A stretch of 64,000 nucleotides of DNA from Macrostomum lignano. Lineage: Eukaryota. How positions within the stretch are numbered: the stretch's first letter is position 1; every line of letters begins with the position of its first letter. Location of the stretch: the NCBI GenBank assembly GCA_002269645.1, contig NIVC01000877.1, positions 104,803-168,802 of the forward strand, in the 5' to 3' direction. Of this stretch, positions 55,291-64,000 are shown piece by piece. Below the pieces are notes generated by a model. That model worked only from the letters and a program-made list of their open reading frames with translations. It made no database searches and was not told where the DNA came from. The translations under genes and the position numbers were made by a program.

Positions 55291-55889
55291 GCAGAGACAG
55301 ACAGCCACAGCGAGGGACTGAAATCCCAAAGGTGAGCATCTCGCACCAAAGCAGATCCATCTAAAAACAAAAACCGAGGCTGAAAGTGCGCGATCCCCCC
55401 TCCCTGACCTGAATGCCGGGGCTAATAAAAATTCCCAAAGAGATGGCTGCCCCCGACAGCCCCTCTCCAGATGAAGCTGGATGAGCAGCTGGGAGCGGCC
55501 TCTAAATTGCTAATTCGAATTGTTGATACACGGGAGTCGCAAATAATTTTTGTTATTGGAAAAAACGAGTGCGCGAGGTGAGGGCGGTTCCTGCTGAGAT
55601 GGTTTAGGAGACTTTCTTCGCTATTCGGTGCCTGTTGAGTCTTCCGTCCGTGAAACTGCATGCCAACTATGGCACCCTGATTATGCGTTTATGAGAAAAT
55701 AATAAATCAGATGGCCTCGCTGTCAGCTAGGCGAAAGGCTAATCAGGATGCAGTAACAGCTACAGGCGACAATTTCCTTATTAGACAAGAAAAACAAGAC
55801 GCAGTCTCAGCGCTTATTGAGTTAATTAAGTGAGCAGCAGTTGCATGTTGGAATAAATTATACTTCTGCTTTTCAAAACAGGATTAATG

Positions 55890-56245
55890 CGACTCTCACC
55901 TGAGAAAATCAGGCTGGAATATTGTTTGAGAAATGAGATTAGATTAGATCAGATGAGATCTCACCTGACAAAGGAAATGAGATGAGAATCTCGCCTGAGA
56001 TTAGATGAGAATCGCACCTGAAAGAATAGATGAGAATCTCACCTGAGAGAATAGATGAGAATCTCACCTGACAAAGGAAATGAGATGAGAATCTTACCTG
56101 AGAGATTAGATGAGAATCTCACCTGAAAGATGAGATGAGAAATCTCACCTAAGAGATGAAGTGAGAATCTCACCTGTAAGATACATGTAAGATGCGAATC
56201 TCGCCTAAGAAATAAGATGAGAATCTTACCTGAGACGAGATGCGA
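55890..56245. repeat. Degenerate GATGAGAATCTCACCTGA repeat
   Basis: Direct observation. Confidence 0.75.
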
Positions 56246-57254
56246 ATTTCAACCGAGAAAACATGTAGACAGAACGTCACGGGTGAGATACTGGTATGAT
56301 TAGTAAAGGGCAATGAAAATTGTATTATTTGCATTCTCAGATCTCCCTGCCGCTCTGAAAAGATTGAGCAGCTTGTCAAAATAATGGAAAAAAGCAACCG
56401 CTTCAATAAGAGCAAAAGCCAACAGAAATTGAGCAGCCGTGCCACAGCAACAATATAATGGAAATACTCAGGTGTTTCTGCCAATAGCGTCAATTATATT
56501 TTTGCCGTTTGCAAGCAAATGAAAAAATATATATTTATTCATATAATCATCAAAACAGGACAAATGTCTGGTCGTTTTCGCGAGAGACTACTGGCCAGTA
56601 GCGAGTATCTGTCAGCAGCAATTTTGCGAGTAAACAAATTAGTGCACAGCGGGCGGAGGGAGATGAGAGTACGGATGGTACTTATGAATGGAAGAGAAAT
56701 CACGAATCAGCCAGTTGTTCATCAATGAATCGGTGCAATGTGATAGCGCAGAGTGTACACATTCGAAGGCCAAAAATTCAAATAACAACAGTGCATCATG
56801 AGCTCAGAATCAAAAAGCAAGTTTATGTGCAAAAATCAGCAAAACATGCCGCCATGCCGTCTAGAAGACAGGGAAAGTTAATGTGACCTTAATTGACCTT
56901 CCTGTTTAATCTAATAAACAATTTATTTAGCATTCACGCTCATCGAATGATAAACTGAACCACAGCACAGATACTAGAATAACAAGATGTCGCAAAAATT
57001 TGCTTATCTACTCTTATCAGTAGCAAAATAAGCGGTTTTTTGCTTCTAAACGACTAAAATAAAAATTATTAAATCTTACAAGATATCTTAAAGTTTCTGA
57101 AGCTGCAAAAATGACCTCCGGTTTTCTTCAAGCAGATTCATTAAATTTGCATCTTCATCCTGTTTTTTTCGATTGGCTGGGAGGTGGGAGCGCCCTAGCC
57201 CCAGCCCAGCTAGATGAACAGTTAGGCTTTCCTCTCCTTGTGCCTGACTTTGAT

Positions 57255-57560
57255 CTCTCTCCTTACTGCTCTCTCATTGGCTGAGAAAAATTGGGTCTGC
57301 CCCCAGACTGAGTTTCGTCCGTTTGACTATGACTTGTCTCCTTACTGCTCTCTCATTGGCTGAGAAAGATTGGGCCTGCCCCTAGACTGAGTTTCGTCCG
57401 TTTGACTTTGACTTGTCTCCTTACTGCTCTCTCATTGGCTGAACTAGATTTGGCCTGCCCCTTAGTAAGTTTCGTCAATCTGACTTTTGACTTGTCTCCT
57501 TACTGCTCTCTCATTGGCTGAGCTAGATTTGGCCTGCCCCAGACTGAGTTTCGTCCGTCT
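57255..57560. repeat. About 75-bp tandem repeat containing CTCTCATTGGCTGA
   Basis: 4 units (CTTACTGCTCTCTCATTGGCTGA...GCCTGCCCC...GAGTTTCGTC). Confidence 0.8.
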
Positions 57561-58117
57561 TGCGTTCACTAGTGTACTATCGAATTAAATGCAGGTTGTT
57601 CAATCTTAAACCCAAACCCCATATGGCCGAAAGGAACTTTTAGCTACTACATCAAATTTAAGTGTCTTTTCGCAGACAAACTACTGAGAACAGAGTAGAC
57701 GCTCTACTTTTACACTTCAGCGGCGAATGAAATCTAGTTATTCTGGTATCTGTAGACAACAGCAGAGAAAAAAACTGCGCTGCTCGGAAAAAAACACAAA
57801 ATATTAACACAAAACACATCCGAGCTAAAACACAATAGAGATTTGAAACCCCGGTAAACAATTCAAATCATGGGTTTGTGAAACTAAAGCAAGACTTTAC
57901 AGCAAACACCATTGTACCTATCTGATCATATACTGGTCATTGCCCTACTGTCATCGCCCTTGCCTCATTTACCTATATTTTTCTATCAAAAAATTGGAAG
58001 CACTTGTCTGGGAAAACAATACAAAACATATATGAAAAAAATTCCTAACAAAAACGGAACCGACAATTCCCAGGTCAAACGAGGCGGTACAAGAACTGGA
58101 AGCGGGCTGAGAGGCTG

Positions 58118-61176
<3,059 letters not shown>

Positions 61177-63177
61177 TGCATCTGACTTGCCTGGACTTTT
61201 TGGCACCTAATTGGGTCTTGGGAGTTGGCAGATCAGTGATGGGCTGCTTCAAGGCTGTTTTGCTTCAGTCTGCAAGTCAAACAATTGCATGTATAGGCAT
61301 TGAATTGAAATACCTGACAGATATCTGAAGTGATTAGTGATGGACTGATCTGTTCAGGCTTGACAAATAAGTTCACTGTGAAGTTTTAAATCACTTTATC
61401 AGATAGTTTTATATTATTAACACTTGAATTACAACTTAATGAGTTAGATTTGGTCAAAACTATTATGAGCTTCATATTGAAATGCCCATCTTTTAGATGA
61501 TTTCCAGTGTATCACAGATTTTTTGGACGTACAAGATAAAAAGCCCACATAGTCATGCAAAGAAGATTCCTTTGAAAAAGCCAATTGCATATATGCATTT
61601 TTCCTCAACTATTACTATATATTAAGTTATATCACATAATTGTTGTACTTTTAGATTGCTTAGAAGGCTTGAAGTATCATTTCTTTACATCATGACTAGG
61701 TATATATGCAATTGAATTGTCTATGGCCATATCCAATACCAACAAGTGTGTGATAGTCAAGGTGCCTAATAAGACTACTAAGACTACAAATATTATGTCA
61801 TTTATTGTCTATCAGCATACTAAAATCCTTATAAGATAGTTGGCAAGCTTATTAACCAATATATCAACCTTTGAAATTGAAAAACCAAATGACATTATAA
61901 ACTTGTATACAAATATTAGGGCCTAGGGCATATGGGCTCATTGCAAAGGCTAAGTTCTATTAGCTTAAAGGGACTTCCTCAAAGATTAGAATTCTACTTA
62001 TTTATTAGAATATTTAATTTGTTGTTGAAATGAGAGACAAATAGATTAATAAAGAAGAAAGATAAGAGACTTTTATCGATGTTGATATTAACTTTAGCAA
62101 CAGGATAATGTCCATTAAAATATATTTTACGTCTTCCTAATATGAACCTTATGTCTTATGATAAACTTTAGAGTGATTTCTCTAAACAATAAAAAGTAGG
62201 TCTAATTATCTTACTTTTTCACAAAGCTTTTTATTCTTAGAGTACTGTGGCAGGCGAGATGCCACTGTAACAGACTATACTTTTGAAACTCTAATTTTTT
62301 TGTATGCCAAAATTATATTTTTTGTCTAATTGCAGTTTATTTGTGACACTTGTCCCATGTGTGGCCCAAATTTTTTCTGTCCTGGGTCTCTTTTCTTCTT
62401 TTCTTTTTTCTGGCCATTTTTATCACTAAGTTGCATTTTTGTTTGTTTGTGCACTGTTTTGCAAAATTTTGTCTATCACTCAGTCCAGTGCTTGTCCCCA
62501 CTGTCTAGGCTGTTAGTTTCCCAGTGGGGCAGATTTTTGGGGCGTAGGGTCTGGGCGGCATGCGCGCAGGTGTCGCCCCGGGCGCGGCTCGATTTTCCTA
62601 TCCCCACCTTTGTACGCTCGGGCGCCGGTGTGGCGCATTGCTGATTTAACCTTGTTTTATTATGTTTTTAGTGGCGTTTCGTGAAGGAAATGTGATTTGT
62701 AACGTAAAATAGTATCTTCCACTTTTCATTTGAATAATTTTTTCTGTTTAAACGAAGTGTAAAATTCCCTACAAACGCGATACAATTTTTCAATTTTCAA
62801 TTGCTCTTTTTTAAGCGAACTTATGTTAACTCGTCCTATGCCACTGGTAGTAGGATAAAAAGATGTGCTTCAGACATCGATTTTCAGGTACAGAAAAATA
62901 TTTATTTTTAAGCGTGTGTATTTCTCCAGCTTATAAGTCGAGAGTAACTAACAAGTTCGCAATTTTTGTGTATTCCCAATTAAGCTATATTCGAGCTATG
63001 TAGGTGTTAGCTACTTTCGGGTAGCTAGCTACTGCTAATTGTTTATTCATTCGATTAAGATGAGTGCCGAAAATTGGACTTTCCAAGTCATATTGACTTG
63101 ACTTTCGACTTTTTAATTCAAAATTGAACAAGTAAATTTGTATACGTATAATAGGGCGTACGTATATAGTTGTAGCA

Positions 63178-63245
63178 CAAGGGGTCGGCAAACTCCGGCC
63201 CGCGGTCCAGATGCAGCCTGCGAGGCCTCTAGATCCGGCCCCCGG
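63178..63245 (+). mobile_element. hAT (Charlie-like) transposon end fragment
   Basis: CAAGGGGTCGGCAAACTCCGGCCCGCGG..CAGATGC.GCC resembles the common hAT terminus CAGGGGTCGGCAAACT..GGCCCGCGGGCC. No matching opposite end seen. Confidence 0.45.
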
Positions 63246-64000
63246 GCCCTTTGCAACTTCTATGTACAAGCCGGCCCGTCAAGGACTGCACATTAAAAAA
63301 TATGTGGCCGAGGAAGTGGCCAGATGTATTTTAGAAAAAGTGGCCGAAGATAATTATTTTACCAAAGCGAATTTTTTTCTCACAAAAGGCCATAGCTAAG
63401 TAAAAATATTTGTTTTTAATGAGTGCAACGTGTAATGTAACACTTTAACCATGTACAATGAGCATATAGCATCGAAAATAATATGTGGCCGAGAGTAAAT
63501 AATTCAATAGTACGTTCTAATTGTGGTAGTTGGGTACCACCGATTGATTATTGGCTCTTATGGTTTCTTAATAACATTACAGTTTCTGGACAATAAAATT
63601 ATGCGTACCCTATTCTGGTCCCCGTTAGTCCACTCCCTGGCGCAAGTCATGACGTATTTCTGCCCTCTTCCTGTTCCCCTTTGCCCCATTTCTGGCGCTA
63701 TATGACCAAATTGTGTTTTCCTTTTGTTTTACTATGTATTTCTGCGGTAATTTTGTTGAATCCCCTTTTTGGCCTTTTGAGTTTTCGCCTTCCCAGTTTC
63801 TGGGCCTCGCAAGCCTTTTTTGTGACCTGTTTCCTGTGTATTTATTCCGCCCCTTGCGCCTGTCCTCCCTCAGTTTTTTTTCTCCTCTCTCCCTCTCTCT
63901 TGCTCTTCCCCTTTTCTTCTACTCTTTCGACTCGCCCCTTAACTTAATAACGTTTAGTTAACGTAGTCTAATACTTGAAGGAAAGAAAACCTAACTTAGT

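Overview
Eukaryotic (metazoan) genomic DNA, very rich in mini- and microsatellites, with GC-rich spliced host genes. A free-living flatworm such as Macrostomum is my guess; it cannot be proven from this window. The main object is an endogenous Polinton/Maverick (adintovirus-like) virus at 9982-26742. It is bounded by about 100-bp terminal inverted repeats and a perfect 6-bp target duplication (GGCAGA). All its genes lie on the minus strand: two intron-containing genes missed by the ORF track (one SSB-like), a divergent TBP-like protein, a Zn-finger remnant resembling a pPolB N-terminus, dUTPase, PLA2, packaging ATPase, penton, chromodomain integrase, a basic core protein, the major capsid protein (block tandemly duplicated) and an adenain-type protease. 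No DNA polymerase lies between the TIRs. A non-canonical TATAAG(C/T) box sits 45-64 nt upstream of five start codons in the virion/integration block, while the SSB-like gene has a canonical TATAAATA. Together with the TBP-like gene, this suggests an element-encoded late-transcription system (hypothesis). The virus is nested in a 2.2-kb TG...CA element (probable solo LTR, 4-bp TSD TATG) whose promoter points into it. The rest of the window holds a 5'-truncated LINE, a tRNA-derived SINE, host genes (INIP/SOSS-C, TATDN3, a tetraspanin, an orphan GPCR, Nck/Dock) and many tandem arrays. All homology calls come from motif recognition by eye; no database search was run.
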